A DNA stretch of 59,011 nt, filler included, from Squatina squatina (GCA_031763465.1; 4 parts of 4 records of this genome joined end to end with filler, not necessarily neighbours in it), one strand, 5' to 3'; shown: positions 1 through 14,068, counted from the first letter of the whole stretch. Notes: generated by a model not told the origin, from the sequence alone. Translations and numbers: made by a program.

Positions 1-986
1 CAGGTAGTTGAAACCATTTCATGTGCAAACTAGCTGCCCAAACATACCTCAATATACTGTTCCCAAAGGTCACTAATGAGCACTAGGATGAAAATGCATT
101 ACAAATGGTTTTTTTCACTTAAATATTCTGATGTAACTGTTAAGGCAGTACCTGGTGTGGAACTGAGCCATACAGACTGAAGTTACCAGGTTTCATTCCA
201 ATTTTTGCTGAGTTAGCCCATCTCCGCTAAGATTGCAAGGGAGATGTTACAGTTAGATTCAGTGGTCGAGGGGTGTGGGATAAATAGCTTGCGCCACCTC
301 CGAATCCAGTTGCTCCTGCTGGAAACTGTGAATTTTGGATGAGGATACAAATGAGGTTGGCTGAGAGAGCCCCCAAAATCAGGAACCATAGATCTATACC
401 CCGCAGGACAGGAGAGAATTTGGGGCAGGGAAGAGATACCCTTGCTTGTACTACTACATTCTCTGGTTCGTGCATGTTTTTCGATGTTTCCTCTGATTTA
501 AGTTTAATTTCCAGTCCTNNNNNNNNNNNNNNNNNNNNNNNNNNNNNNNNNNNNNNNNNNNNNNNNNNNNNNNNNNNNNNNNNNNNNNNNNNNNNNNNNN
601 NNNNNNNNNNNNNNNNNNTGTCAGGTATTATAGAAACTGCTGAAATACTTCAATATTTTTAAAAAGTACTTCAAAATTACTTTTGAAACTCCCATGCCAT
701 CTTGTTTAAGAAAGCTAAAAGCACAAAACAACTTCCTTAATTAAAATAAATAAAACTTTAGTTATTTGATGTTTGTATCTTGTAATTAAATTTTTCCTGA
801 CTTAAACTGCTCAATCAATTACAGCAATCACAAGATAATTGCAGATAAGGAAGGCCATTCAGCCTATGATAATGCATTTATCCACACCGCCCCAATTGAC
901 TGCGTCCAGTTGTTTCTCAAACCATTTCAAGATTTTTAACCTCCACTTCTATATCTAGAATGTTGATAACTTTTTTTGTGTTGCAG

Positions 987-1122
987 GTAGCATAACACCG
1001 ACTGTGGAGCTGAATGGTCTTGCGATGAAGAGGGGAGAGCCTGCTATCTATAGACCATTAGAGCCAAAGCCAATCCCCAACTACAGAGCTAACTATAACT
1101 TTAAGGGCATGTACAATCAAAG
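987..1122 (+). CDS. STAU2: Staufen homolog 2, internal coding exon (N-terminal part of dsRBD2)
   Basis: Pyrimidine tract + ttgcag acceptor and gttagt donor. Encodes (G)SITPTVELNGLAMKRGEPAIYRPLEPKPIPNYRANYNFKGMYNQ(R), matching recalled vertebrate STAU2. Ends in phase 2, compatible with the exon at 9279. Confidence 0.95.
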
Positions 1123-1242
1123 GTTAGTTTGGCAAGCTTTTTNNNNNNNNNNNNNNNNNNNNNNNNNNNNNNNNNNNNNNNNNNNNNNNNNNNNNNNNNN
1201 NNNNNNNNNNNNNNNNNNNNNNNNNNNNNNNNNNNNNNNNNN

Positions 1243-2768
1243 AGACATAGGTGGCAGCGTCCTCTGGGAATTGAACCTGCAAAGAGTCCACACAGGGCAG
1301 GAGAAACTGCTAGCAGAGGGAGAAGGAGGAGGGGGAGAAGGGCTATCAGCAGGAGGCCATACACACCGAGACTCTTTAGGGAGCAATTCTCTTGCCTCAA
1401 CTTCAAAGAGAACCAATGCTTGAGATGTCTTTACTTCACTAAAGAGGCTATGAATAAAATCTGTCAACGACTGCTGCCAGAACTGCAACCTCAAAGCACG
1501 GCAAAGATCACATTGCCTGTGACTATCAAGGTGAACAGTCTGGCTGAATCTGGCTGCTTCAAGACTACTGCTGGAGGTATAAGCAATATCTCGCAGTTTG
1601 CAGTACAATGCTACACAAGGGATCTCACTAAGGCTCTCCAAACAAAGCGAGGCAGCTTCAGCTCATTTCTTCTCGCCAGAGACAAGTAGGCAGAGCGAGC
1701 ACAAGGGTTTGCACGGGTTGCAAGCTTCCCCCTGATGCAGGGTTCCCCATATTGCCTTGCATGTGCTTCATGCCAACTCGGCCATTTTCATAAAGCAAAA
1801 GGGATTCCACTCCCTGAATGCGCAGCTGGTACGCAACCATGGGCAGCACACCATACCTGGCAGTAGTCATGATTCCTTCATTCTACGGCAGTCACTTTGC
1901 CAGCTGTATTTTAACCCACCACAGCAACCAAAGGCTGGCTACTGGGTGACAAGGGTTATCCACTCATGACATGGCTCATGTCTCTGGTCCGGAACCCACA
2001 CACACATGCACAGCACACCTACACTGAGAGCCACGCTGCCACAACGAACATTGTAGAGCACACCATTGGCATCCTCAAGCATTGCTTCCACTGCCTGGAT
2101 CGCTCTGGAGGAGCTCTGCAGTATTCAACTGAGCAGGTAGCAAGATTTGTGGTAGAATGCTGCATGCTGAACAACCTGGTCATTATGAGGGAACAGCTAT
2201 TATCGCCACCTATCAGGTGAGAAGCTGAAGAGCAGGAACATAAAGTAGAAGAGGAGGAGGAGGAGAAAGTGGAGGAGGAGGCGGAAGTACAAGAAGAAGT
2301 GAAGGAAGATGAAGAGAAAGAGACATTACAACGTAGACAGCTCCTTTCAGCTATTCACTAACATTCTCACACTCCTTACCTTTCCACTATTACTGACCAT
2401 CACATCGTCTTCTTTCTAACAACACAAAACTAAAAACTACCACCAAATGCAAATTCAAATCCAATGTTATATGTTCACTCATTAAATAATGTATACAAAA
2501 TGAAACTAATGACCTGCTCCAGCCACAATGCACCTCCCTTTTAAGAAGTGAAGGCTAGCTTTAAGTGGTGGTAGGAGCTAATGATTTTGGGCCCCTGCTG
2601 ATGCATGCAGCCAATGAACAGCTCGGTTGGTGCTGGCTGCACATCGAATTCATTATAATAAGCAGGCAGCTCGATGATTGTGTGCTGCCTACATTTCAAT
2701 CAACGGGCACGGGTTAATCGCATATTGCGATCCCCGCATCTGTTTTCGGGGCTATCCAATTTAGCCCC
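1243..2768 (+). mobile_element. Decayed PIF/Harbinger DNA transposon (HARBI1-like DDE transposase pseudogene) in STAU2 intron
   Basis: Motifs across shifting frames: KGFHSLNAQLV, PGSSHDSFILRQS, GWLLGDKGYPL, ESHAATTNIVEHTIGILKHCFHCLDRSGGALQYS, CCMLNNL. Followed by a Glu-rich purine run (~2221-2330) and a putative terminal motif ccaatttagcccc ending at 2768. Stops and frameshifts present; 5' end lost in a gap. Confidence 0.88.
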
Positions 2769-3989
2769 TATGTTTCCCCACTTTCTCCTCTTTGGTCCCC
2801 ACTTCCCTGATCATGCCAGCTGGCCATTGCAGCACACCTCTTTTGAATACATTGTCTCATCCTGCCACATGGTTTCACCTTTCTGTGTCCACTTTAGTAT
2901 TCTCTACTGTTTATTTCTTCAGTTCTGTGCTCGGTCATTCTGTAACGTGCTGCCTCATAGGTGAGAGCTTTATAATGTTATTGCAGTGGTCTCACTTCCT
3001 CTAGCTGTAAGGTTTAGTTCATAAACTTTAATTAATAACTTTGTTTCAACATAAAGTCTAATCTGTTATAGCTCCAAAATTTGTATGACGGCTTTTCTTT
3101 TAGTGAATATTCACGTGATGTCGCTGTTGTTTCCCCATGGATTATAGCTCTTGCAACCTGTAAATTCTGCTATGCATTCCAGGAACAGTCCAAGACAAAG
3201 TGAGTCATTATGTTGAAGTAGCTTATTAAGGTAAGCATCTTCAGCATCTGTCTGTTCTGCCAGGGATGTTATGTGAAATCACATCGTACTTGCCCCTCTT
3301 TCCCCCACTCCTTTCCCAGTAAAGCACCATTGGATTTTTTTGCCACAATTAATAAACTATTTAAGTATACATCATTGTGAAAATGGGACAGGTGGATGAC
3401 TTTTTGGGCCAGAATAGAAGACTTTGCTCTAGGGATTCAAACAATTTAGTTAGCCAGACAGCAAGTATTAGAAACATGAACCTCAATTTTATCTCCACTG
3501 CCTCTGGCTCCCACCCTTGAAGTCACCTGCTGCACTGCTGAAAATTCCATTCCAAAATTGCATGCTAATAATTTTTCTTGGGCTTATGCAAAACAGAGAG
3601 CACTTGGCTACCTGCTGCTTTTAGCAGCTGCCGAAACGTACCTCTGAACCAAAGAATCTCACGGCTTTACTCTTGTTACTTTGTAGACTGAATGGGTAGA
3701 GGTGTATTTCATCCTGGACCGATACTGAATTTATTTCTTATGAAGCATGACATCAAGGTTGTAACACTAATACAGGTCAGTCCAGGCACTGCACATCAGC
3801 AGATGCGCAGCTCATGGGTGCATATATTTGTATCAGGATCGAAGAATCCAGAGGTCCAAATAGGTTGTAACCAAAATATGGTTTCATGTNNNNNNNNNNN
3901 NNNNNNNNNNNNNNNNNNNNNNNNNNNNNNNNNNNNNNNNNNNNNNNNNNNNNNNNNNNNNNNNNNNNNNNNNNNNNNNNNNNNNNNNN

Positions 3990-4421
3990 TCCCTTAAAGG
4001 GGAGGGCCGACGGCCATTCTGACAGCACCCAGCTCGACACCAGGGAGGCCGGCAACCGGGTCACGGGTTGGCGTGCCAGACGAGTGGATGGTGGCCAACA
4101 AAGCTGGCTGAAAAATAAAGATGGTGGCTGCAGGCGCACAGGCCCTCCCCTTTTAAGAGGGCTGTTGCAGCGACAGGTTTTGCTATCGCTGTGGCCGCCT
4201 CCTGTGGGTGAATTCCGCCCACGGGACGTAAACGGGCCACAAAGGGGGTTGTGGCTGCTTGGTAAAGATTGGCGCCTGTCTTGATGACGTCTCGCACCAA
4301 CCTGGCCAAGTGTGCCCCAGCTGCGAGATGGCCGCCTCCTGGTGCCATTTTTTCCTGTTACGTCCCAATAGTGCTCCTCGGAGATGCTAATGGGATGCAA
4401 CAGGAGATGAATTTTGGCCCC
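3990..4421. mobile_element. GC/CpG-rich non-autonomous element (Harbinger-type MITE end)
   Basis: CpG-rich block abutting a gap and ending in aattttggcccc, similar to termini at 2768, 11312 and 28973. Confidence 0.5.
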
Positions 4422-4740
4422 TTTATGTTTACGTAGGCTGTGTGGTTGATGTGAGGAGCTTGAATGGCGATCTATGATACTTTGCACCCTTGAGAACCCT
4501 GCCACTTGGTAAAAGCTATATGCCCAGTTGAGCTCATGACTTCTTTCCACAGCGAAATTGATGAAGTTAACTTCTTGATCCAAATTGTGCAGTGCTGTTG
4601 GGACTACCAAAGAAATTCCCATCCAGATATTCCACTTCATTTATTGTCGCAAACAAGAACGATGGCTGGCAGTAGACACGTGGAACACAGCGACTTGTCG
4701 TATCAATTTCCTTCATATCTTAATACTTGTCCAGATTACA

Positions 4741-5190
4741 GAAAGAAAGGCTTGCATTTATGTAGTGCCTTTCAAACAAACTCAGGACTTTTCAAAGTGC
4801 TTTGCAGTCAATTAAATACCATTGCAGTGTAGTCACTGTTGTAATGTGGGATATGTGGCAGCTAATTTGGGCAGAGCAAGGCCCCACAAACAACAATGTG
4901 ATAATGACTAGATTTTATTTTTAGTGGTGTTGATTGTGGGATAAATATTGGCCAGGACACCGAGGCAAACTCCCCTGCTCCTCTTTAAACTAGTGCCATG
5001 ATGGGATCTATTGCATCCACCTGAGAGGGCAGACTGGTTTAATGCCTCATCTGAAAGACAACACCTCTGACAGTGCAGCACTCCCTTAGTACTATACTAA
5101 AGTGTCAACCTAGATTCTGTGCTAAAGTCTCTGGAGCGGGACTTAAACCCACAACCTTCTGATTCAGGCAAAAGTACTACCACTGAGTCC
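4741..5190 (-). mobile_element. Near full-length tRNA-derived Deu-domain SINE (SacSINE1-like)
   Basis: Minus strand reads: A-box-like ggactcagtggtag, B-box-like gggtttaagtccc, Deu-type core gctgcactgtcagaggtgttgtctttcagatgag, and L2-like tail aggcactacataaatgcaagc. Tail fragments of the same family occur near 8530-8680, 16330-16510 and 47783-47900. Confidence 0.8.
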
Positions 5191-8100
5191 ATATTGTAAC
5201 CGCAGGTTGCTGTAAAACCTATTTCTGGATGCAGTACAGTCTAAAATACATTTGAGGAGCATGGTCTCTACTCCAAAGAGTCCACTTTTTTCAAATTTCA
5301 AGAGTCCAAATTATGGGTGTTGATTCTGTAAAGTATAACTGAACCATCAGTACAAATGTTGCATGTCCTACTTTTGGAACTCTCGTCCAGATACTATTGT
5401 CACCTGCAAATTTGTTCTTTGGATGCAAAAGTTCAATGGTGGCGTTAACAGTTACCGATTGAAGGATACACAGGCTATTGGAAATTTCTTGTCTGATAGT
5501 ACCCTTGTACAAATTCTCAAATTCTTGGCGAAAGTGAAACCTCTGAAATGCTTAATTTCTATTGATTAATTTCCTATTAATCATGGTGTATGCCAGAAAA
5601 AGAACTGGAGATTAGAGCTAGATATATACATTAATGAAAATTTATCATGAATTAAGCTGATTGTAATAACTTTTTGTCATTTTAAGTCATTTTGGGGGGT
5701 TTATTGGGTTCCATGGACGTAATTAGAAGGCTCAATTGAGATTTGATCTTTGACTACTTTCTAAGATTAAAAGCTAATTTGAGTGGGGAGCAAAACTTAT
5801 GCTTTGTGCTATTAATTAGTAAAAAATTGAAAAATCCAGGAAACAATGAAGATTTTAACAACAGTACTTAGAGTAAATGGGCTTATAAAGATATGCCACA
5901 TTATTAAAGTAATGAAAAGTTATTGAAACCATTTTGAGCAGTCACTATAGATTTTTAATCAAAGTAATGCACAGCAATTCGTGCATCATGGAACCAAGGT
6001 CAGACCATCTATTAGTACCCTTTTTGCTCTACTCTTATTACATTTTTGATATAATACCATGTTATGTTGTTTCCATTTTCCTGAGAATGTAATGGCATGT
6101 GGATAGGGATATTAATATTTGAACTTTTGATGTTGCAATAATTGTTTTAAATGTATCCTGATGTATTGGAATAGGGAAACTGGGTGGTGCATTGGGTCAA
6201 AGTGCTGTTTTTTTGTCTGAGACTTTGAGTTCAAACAGAATGAGAGAAGCTTCTCCTCCCTTCCAGCTTTAAAGACTCTAGGATAAATGAATCTTGGCAA
6301 TTTCTAACAGGTGCAGTTTCGCAGTGTAAAGCAGATTATAATTAACCACTAAATTGGCAATGTCTTTGAGAAAAAGCATGAGAGCAAAGAGACTACTTTA
6401 AGAATCTAGAAAATATTGCACTGGTGCAGAAGGGTTACTATGCTGGAAGTGTAAGGGAGTTTTATTCGATAACGTACCGGGAAATGCTTTATGTTAATCT
6501 TCAGTGTCAAAATTGGAAAGCTGTTCCTGTTGGTTCCCATTCTTCTCTGGATTCTGTTCTGACTCTCCATGCTAACAGTGTGTAACTTGTCGAGTTTACA
6601 GCTCAAAAGTTAGTTCTTAAATGAACTAAATGGCCATAAATGGGAGATGCATTCATTTCAGAAGATATGAATAAAAGGAATCAATTAATGACTCGTATAG
6701 AGAAACAAAATAAATAACAAGTAATCTGTAATTTCATTCATTCCAGCATGTGACTGACATGGGGGTTACATTAAAGGCTGTCATGGATGGTTGAGCTTGA
6801 GGACAGTATCTCTGTTGACAACAGGCTTGGTAGTGGGGGTGGTTGGCAAGTAACAACGATGACTATTATAACACAACTGCTCTGATTAAACTGCCACAGC
6901 TTGCGCTTCCTCTGTTGCATTAATGCCAGGTCTCATAGATCTTCTGAAAGGAAAATTAAATTTTGTGCCCTGAGAAAATTACAACTTGCATAAAATTTCC
7001 TTTGAGCAAAACTAGTAGAGTTTTCCATTATTAGCTTTTTAGTTTTTCATAGCTTGGGGGAATTCTGTGAATAATGATAACAGTACATTTTTTGCTGTTA
7101 ATATTTTCATTCATCTAAATGCCTCAAAAAAATGAATCCTAGGTTTAGAAATTCAGTGACTCCCCGCGCCCATTTTACAGGCATAAAATGGGCACCAAAG
7201 CTTCCAATATGGCAGACAGCATGCACATTCCATGCCGGCTGCGTTCAAGCAAATCCTGTCTACATGCGGCCTAACCAACAGTCTTTAACGGGACCACTGC
7301 AGACCTCCACCAAAGAGGTAATCGGTCATACCGGGAGGTGAGGAGTGTTGCTCCCAGCTCCATGTTAAATGCATGGACCGCTGTCGGTCACCACTTGACC
7401 TCCCCCNNNNNNNNNNNNNNNNNNNNNNNNNNNNNNNNNNNNNNNNNNNNNNNNNNNNNNNNNNNNNNNNNNNNNNNNNNNNNNNNNNNNNNNNNNNNNN
7501 NNNNNNGATAACCTCTACTAATTATGCTGCATCCACCTCGTGGCTCAACAATTGCAATATCCACCTCCTGTGTGAAAACTGCAACAAGTTATTTCGTATG
7601 CTGCTGTTTTGTCACTGCAATACAAGCTTGCCACTTTGTTGTGGGCCCACCCCTACTTTGATTATCCTTTTAATACTAATGTGCGAATCTTCATGCTTTT
7701 TCTTTTCACCTTTCTAATCTCAATTTGTGGCTTTCCTGTATTTTCTTAGCCTCCATTTTTATTGAGTGCCCTTGAAACACTAAATGCTTTTATAGTTTTA
7801 GATTTTTAAACCTTATCCTAACATCTGTCAGTTCCTTACATGCAAAATGGAGTAAAAGCTTATCTGCTCTTTGTAGTTTGATTTTTTAATTTACAAACTC
7901 CACTGGATCAGGATTATTGTAGCCATTATATAGTTCTTGCGCAGATGCTAGAGTACTGTGGCGTTTGAAAATGACATGAGACTGTTGGACACTAAATCAC
8001 CAGTCCTGTGACCTCAGTGCTGTTCTAATGCTGAACTAATGTATTTTATTTTGACTGTATGGTGTTTTCCCAGCAGACAGTCCTTTTAACACTTTTCATG

Positions 8101-9278
8101 CATGAAGGGCAACATCCTGAAATGCCAAGCCAATTCTGTTTTTTTTTATGGTTGGTTAAGTTGATTTACTTTGTGCCTGTTCCAGTTCAGCACCTGCAGT
8201 TCAGGTCAGGTTGTGTGTCAGTATAACCATGGTGTAAGTCTAGGCCTAGCATCTTACTATTATTGGAGGAAAATAACTCTAACATTTCCATTAAAATTGT
8301 TGTGGCGAGATTGCTTTTTGACTGTGGAGTATGCTGAAAAGCCTTGCGTACAACACATATTTGGAATTTTAATTTAATAGAGCAACAGTTAATGAACATA
8401 GATTCATAATGAAAAGTTAACTTGCAAGCAACAACCAATATGTTATGCTTCATTAGTTTTTGCCCAACTGTTAAAATAATTGTAAGAGACAATGATAATT
8501 GCAACATGTATAATGTCTGGCTTAAAAACAAAGGGCCAGTTGCATTCATGCCCTGTCTCAAAGCACTTCACATGTAGTCAATTACTTTGAAGTGCAACGA
8601 CTGTTGATATTATAGACAAACACTGCAACTATTTTGTGTAAAGCAAGATTCCACAAGCAGCAAAAAGATAAATAATTTAATCTGNNNNNNNNNNNNNNNN
8701 NNNNNNNNNNNNNNNNNNNNNNNNNNNNNNNNNNNNNNNNNNNNNNNNNNNNNNNNNNNNNNNNNNNNNNNNNNNNNNNNNNNNGTACCGTACTGGTGTG
8801 TGCAGGTCTGCCATATTTTTTGGTTACAAATATTTTGTAACTTCAGTTTTTCACATTTTATGAAACATTTTGAATAGAGCCATACATATAAAGAAACTGT
8901 TAAAATATCAGAACAACACTGAGACGAGGATGTTTTGCATTCCATCGAATGCTCCCTTCTAATTCTTTATGATGTGTGACAGCATCTGATTTTTAAAAAT
9001 TCACCTTCCTTCCTACGGGCGAAGTGCTCGTCTCCGCTGATATCTCCCCTGACAACTTGGCCAAGGTTGAAAACGCCCTTCCCCCTGGCACCCAAGTAAA
9101 TGTTATGTTTTATCTACAGTTACAAGTACAAGACCAGCTGGCAACAGCCAGCTATTGTTTAATTGTTCATTGTCTCAGAATTCACAAAAGCTGCATGGTG
9201 AAATAAAGTGATCATTGTTAACAAACACAAGGTGAATTCTTGTGTCTAAATATGTTTGTTGGCTTCTGCTCAACACAG

Positions 9279-9438
9279 GTACCATTATCCAGCTCCTAAA
9301 TTATTTTATGTCCAGCTGCTTGTGGGGAATACAGAATTTATTGGAGAAGGACGGACCCGTCAAGCTGCTAGACACAATGCTGCTATGAAAGCCCTTCAAG
9401 CTCTTCGTGATGAGCCTATTCCAGAAAAGGCACCTCAG
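9279..9438 (+). CDS. STAU2: Staufen homolog 2, internal coding exon (C-terminal part of dsRBD2)
   Basis: caacacag acceptor and gtaaat donor. Encodes (R)YHYPAPKLFYVQLLVGNTEFIGEGRTRQAARHNAAMKALQALRDEPIPEKAPQ; joins in frame to 987-1122 (AG+G = Arg). Confidence 0.95.
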
Positions 9439-10921
9439 GTAAATATTTTTCACTCAGTCAGAACTGAATCTGTAGATTATCTGCATTAGTTTAATAAATT
9501 AGCCTCTCTTAACTCTCTCAAAGTGTTCAAGATTTGACTGTGTGTCCTCCAACAATATGTTTCTACCACAAAATGTTTCTTCCATTTTCTCACCTTTTGT
9601 ACTGAAGGTGTTGATTCTTACTGGGATAATTTCAATGAGTGTGGGCAGCTGTCTGGTACATCGCTGAAGCAGCCATTCTTCTTGAGTAGGCTTTTTATAG
9701 TTGAACCCAGTCCTGTTTTTGATAGAGATCACGAGCAGAAAACCTGGCAGACGTTTTCTTTCTGACGTTCAGGGGTGCTGAGACCATTGCTATGCTCCAA
9801 CTGTTGCCTTACATGAGATCAGCTAATTCAACGCAAAACTGATTTCTATAGCGTAGTTCTCAACCAGGCATTGCCTTTGCCCATTACACCATAAGACCAT
9901 AAGAAGTAGGAGCAGGAGTAGGCCATTCGGCCTGTCGNNNNNNNNNNNNNNNNNNNNNNNNNNNNNNNNNNNNNNNNNNNNNNNNNNNNNNNNNNNNNNN
10001 NNNNNNNNNNNNNNNNNNNNNNNNNNNNNNNNNNNNNCTCAAGAGGCCAGATTTAGAGGAGTGCAGATAACCATTGTGGTGAGTTTCTCTGCATGTCAGG
10101 CATTCAGCTGGCCAAGAGAAAAGAGTGGAGAGCGTGGACTGAAACATATGGTGCAGAAGATTTCTTAAATAGGGAAAGGGAAAGCTAGAAATAGGGTAGT
10201 AGATTATGACGCTTGAGGTGATGAGGATGTTATTATAAAGTGAAAGTGAATATATCTACATATTCAGGAAAGCATTGTGTCTGTAGCACATTAAATGATT
10301 TACATTGAACAAAATATTTTACACCCTTGTTGCGGGGAGTGGGTTTCTGTAAAATTATTTACAGAACTTGATCCTACCAGAAATATGTTGATGTGGGATA
10401 CATGATAGTGTTTCCACTGTATGTAAACAGACTGCATGAAACTGCTTTGGTTAAAGTTTAGAGAACGAGTAACAGAATTGGTTTTTCATCATGTGGACTT
10501 CCTGTTTATTCAGTAGGGTAAATGTTAAGAATATCAGTGTTTTAAATGTAAATGTTTATATAGTGAACATGTAAAGATTGTGCAGATGTTTTTTCAAAGT
10601 CTAAATCGGTACTGGAGTTTAATGCCAAACCTAACTGAAAAGTTACAAAATCTGGACTTCACCAGCAGATCTTAACAACAGGAAAAATTTCAATATTGCT
10701 ACCTTTTAGGCAACCTTAAAGGTGAAAACAATTAAATGGAAGGAGTTCCATTCAATCATCTGAAAATATGGTCACAAATTATATATGTTGCTCGTTATAT
10801 ATTCTGTTGCTGTTCTTAGCTNNNNNNNNNNNNNNNNNNNNNNNNNNNNNNNNNNNNNNNNNNNNNNNNNNNNNNNNNNNNNNNNNNNNNNNNNNNNNNN
10901 NNNNNNNNNNNNNNNNNNNNN

Positions 10922-11312
10922 TAAAGGGGGCAATCAAACAAGAAATGCGATCGGCTGCCAGACATCGGTCAATGTTAAAAGATGGAGGACCCGTGCCTTT
11001 AATGCGCCTTGGCAATGACAGGTAAAATCTGTCATTGCCAATGCCTCGGGTGTCACGGGTGAGCTACCCTCCAATTCCGGAGGCGGCTCACCAGCAGCGC
11101 GGGGGGAGGGGGTCGCGGGCAAGAGGGGTCGGCGCGCAATCTGATGATGCACGCATCTGACCCTGGCGTCAACGGCGTTGCCGGCAACGAGGCCTTAGCG
11201 CCACCGGGTCCAATACGGGAAACCGTTCATTTTTTAATCTACGCGGCTTTCACGCCCAGGTAGCGCTGCTGATCGGTGCTACCCGGATGCGACGGCACAC
11301 CAATTGGGCCCC
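10922..11312. mobile_element. GC/CpG-rich non-autonomous element (Harbinger-type MITE end)
   Basis: CpG-rich block beside a gap, terminating in ccaattgggcccc. Confidence 0.5.
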
Positions 11313-12731
11313 ATACATGTTTGATGTAGTGTGATGTGAACTCTGTTGCCCTTCAGTGGTCAATCAAGGTTAATTATATGTATTTGATGATCAGGTGATG
11401 TAGCAAAGTGCTAGTTTCAACAAGTTATTCATACTAACTGAAAGATTTAAGTAGGAAAAAATGCAAAGAGGATTTGTGATGAAGGATTGCTTTCCGTACA
11501 ACGTAATCTTCTGTACTATAAATAACATGGAAATGAATGCATACAACGTTTGTTCTTACCCATGTCACACTAATTATTTTAACTTTTTGATTGTTCTGTA
11601 ATACCAATTGCTTAATGTTTCTGGCGAATTCAGCTTTACACCACTTCAGTGCCATGGATAGAATTAATGCAACCAGGGTTAATGGTATGTTAAATAAATC
11701 TGCACAAGCGATAGCCAAAGGTATATATGTTCAAACAGCATTTCCATCCATCAGACTCCCAAAACATTCTGATGCCTTTTGCAGAACTGAATGTTAAAAT
11801 TACAAATATTGATTCCCTGTATTTTATTCAGTTAAATAGGAATAAAAGGCAATATTATAATACTGCACATTGTGTTTACTACATCAACAACAATTTGTAT
11901 TTATATAGCGCCTTTAATGTAGATTAATTGTGGCACACCATACTTCTAACTATATAATTAATGTTTGCTGAAGGAAGGTTTTTCCCCTGTTGAGAGCATA
12001 ATCTTGAGACTCCGTAAATTGCACTATGTCTATGAGATTTATTTGAGCAGATCTACAGTACACTGGATGAGAAAGCCGAGGGATTTTTCTCAGCAAAGAA
12101 AGCGCATTCTCCAATGACCGTTTCAAACGTTTTATAAACTGCTACCTCTTGACAAATCATTTTGATCTCTGCAAAAACAACTTTCTTATCCTCCCTGCTG
12201 TCGTTTCTCAATTTCACAGCCCTTGGTGCAGTCCTTACACTCAGACTCCACAGCCTCCCTCATTCTCCCACTTGGTTTTTCCAGATTTCTTACCCTTCCT
12301 TCTTAATTCTTTAAGCCCTTCAATCTTTCAATTGCTTTTATCTTTTCAAACGCTTTTATCTTTTCAAACTTTTTCCAGCATCTCAATGACAGTTTCCGTG
12401 TGTTTTTCTTATGCTACTTCCCAGGTTTATACAAAGGACAATTTGTTCTGTATTTAACAATGCAGATTCAATGCAGGGCTTTATGATCTGAGACTTACAT
12501 AATGTTACCTGCAATGTTATTGCATTTGATTGAGCAGAGGTAACACAGTATAATTTATAAAACTGCATTTGATCTGATTATTAGCAAGCTGGAAGAGCCA
12601 TTTAGTTGAATTCTATTGACCCGTAAACATTCATTTTGCTTTTTCTAGGTGCGCCCCTATTTCCATATGGCTTTCAAGCCTTTCAAGTATTTGGCATTAT
12701 CACATGCATTTGATCATATCAGCATTCTTTT

Positions 12732-12831
12732 NNNNNNNNNNNNNNNNNNNNNNNNNNNNNNNNNNNNNNNNNNNNTTAATTAATTAANNNNNNNNNNNNN
12801 NNNNNNNNNNNNNNNNNNNNNNNNNNNNNNN
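12732..12831. other. Artificial scaffold linker
   Basis: N-run / TTAATTAATTAA (stops in all six frames) / N-run, 100 nt total. Confidence 0.97.
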
Positions 12832-13456
12832 TTCTTTGGCCTTCTGTCAATTTTTGTCTGGTTATGCTCCTGTGAAGCGCCTTGGATGTACTACTATGTT
12901 AAAGGTGGTTCATAAATGCAGAGTAGGAACCCCCCATCCCTCCGGCCCTAAAAGGTTGAAACACGTCATAAAAAGCATCTCAAAGTAACTGGGGACACAT
13001 TTAGCAGCCAGCTAGAAAATATGCCCCAGTTCAAGTGTAAAATGCTTTATGCGTTGGTCAGGATGTAATTATATTGCATAATGGCGTAAGATAAATATAT
13101 TTCTTACTGTTCCATATCCTTAAGGCGCTATTTTGGGTGTGCTAATAAAATATATTTTAATATATGCTGTGCAAAAGTCACAACGATAAAAACTGGATCA
13201 AAACGGCAAATGTTTCAAGCCAGGGAGATGAAATGAGTTGAGAGATTTCAAGCTGCAGTCCATCTTTTCTGTTCCAAGCAAAATGGACAGATGTTAATAA
13301 GTGTACCTGAGGTTTGATCCTTTCTCTCTTTTCCTTCTCTTTCTCCACAGCGCTCTNNNNNNNNNNNNNNNNNNNNNNNNNNNNNNNNNNNNNNNNNNNN
13401 NNNNNNNNNNNNNNNNNNNNNNNNNNNNNNNNNNNNNNNNNNNNNNNNNNNNNNNN

Positions 13457-14068
13457 GCTATCCATTTACAAGAGATAGTGAAAAGCTTAGAGCAGCATGG
13501 TCAACAAACTTGTGAGTTTAATAACTCCGGCTCAGGTAGTGAAGTTAACTATACCATGGAAACGTTAAGAGCAGAATTACACCCCACCCAGAGTGCCTAT
13601 GTGGGAAAAGGAAAGTATTGTGTAACTATGGACCATAAGAATTATCAATATGGAAATAGATCATGCCCATTCCGTACAACACCTTTTGCTTCATCCCAGG
13701 TTGGCCACTAAGAATAGGAATGCAGGAGTTAGTCAACATAACTATGCTTGATGTATACGATAATGTGAGGAAGGATTTAGGATGTTTTGTAGACAGATTT
13801 GAATATGATATACCACCTTTGCCAGAGCATCTGACTAAACTCAGAAAGGCAATTGACAAGTCAAGAAAACACTATTACCAGATACAACAGAAAAATAACG
13901 AACTTATGGATAAAATTGATAGCATCAAAGTAACCTCTTGGTGGGATATTGGTTCCAATATCCCACCTACACCCATGGATTTGGATTATATTTCATACAC
14001 TGGTAATCGTTTGTTTTTGTTATTTGAGTCATGTCAGAGGTGCAAAAGGGAAAAGGTTAGAAAGATGA
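13457..14068 (+). pseudogene. Frameshifted C-terminal part of an envelope-like membrane glycoprotein of an LTR retroelement/ERV
   Basis: Three overlapping frames reconstruct: ...TCEFNNSGSGSEVNYTM...YVGKGKYCVTMDHKNYQYGNRSC / PIPYNTFCFIPGWP...LTKLRKAIDKSRKHYYQIQQKNNELMDKIDSIKVTSWWDIGSNI / HPWIWIIFHTLVIVCFCYLSHVRGAKGKRLER*. It has Cys residues, 4 N-glycosylation sequons, a heptad-like helix, a Trp-rich membrane-proximal segment, a hydrophobic TM and a basic tail. Lies directly upstream of a PPT and LTR. Confidence 0.7.

Noticed and set aside
2221-2330. Purine-rich GAG/GAA low-complexity run
   Set aside because: Explained as the acidic C-terminal tail of the Harbinger transposase.
3777-4640. 287-aa minus-strand ORF
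   Set aside because: Spans a gap and a GC-rich repeat; no recognisable domain.
12776-12787. TTAATTAATTAA palindrome recurring three times (also 28611 and 44416)
   Set aside because: Always embedded in N-runs totalling 100 nt; a synthetic contig linker, not biology. Genes on either side are not linked.
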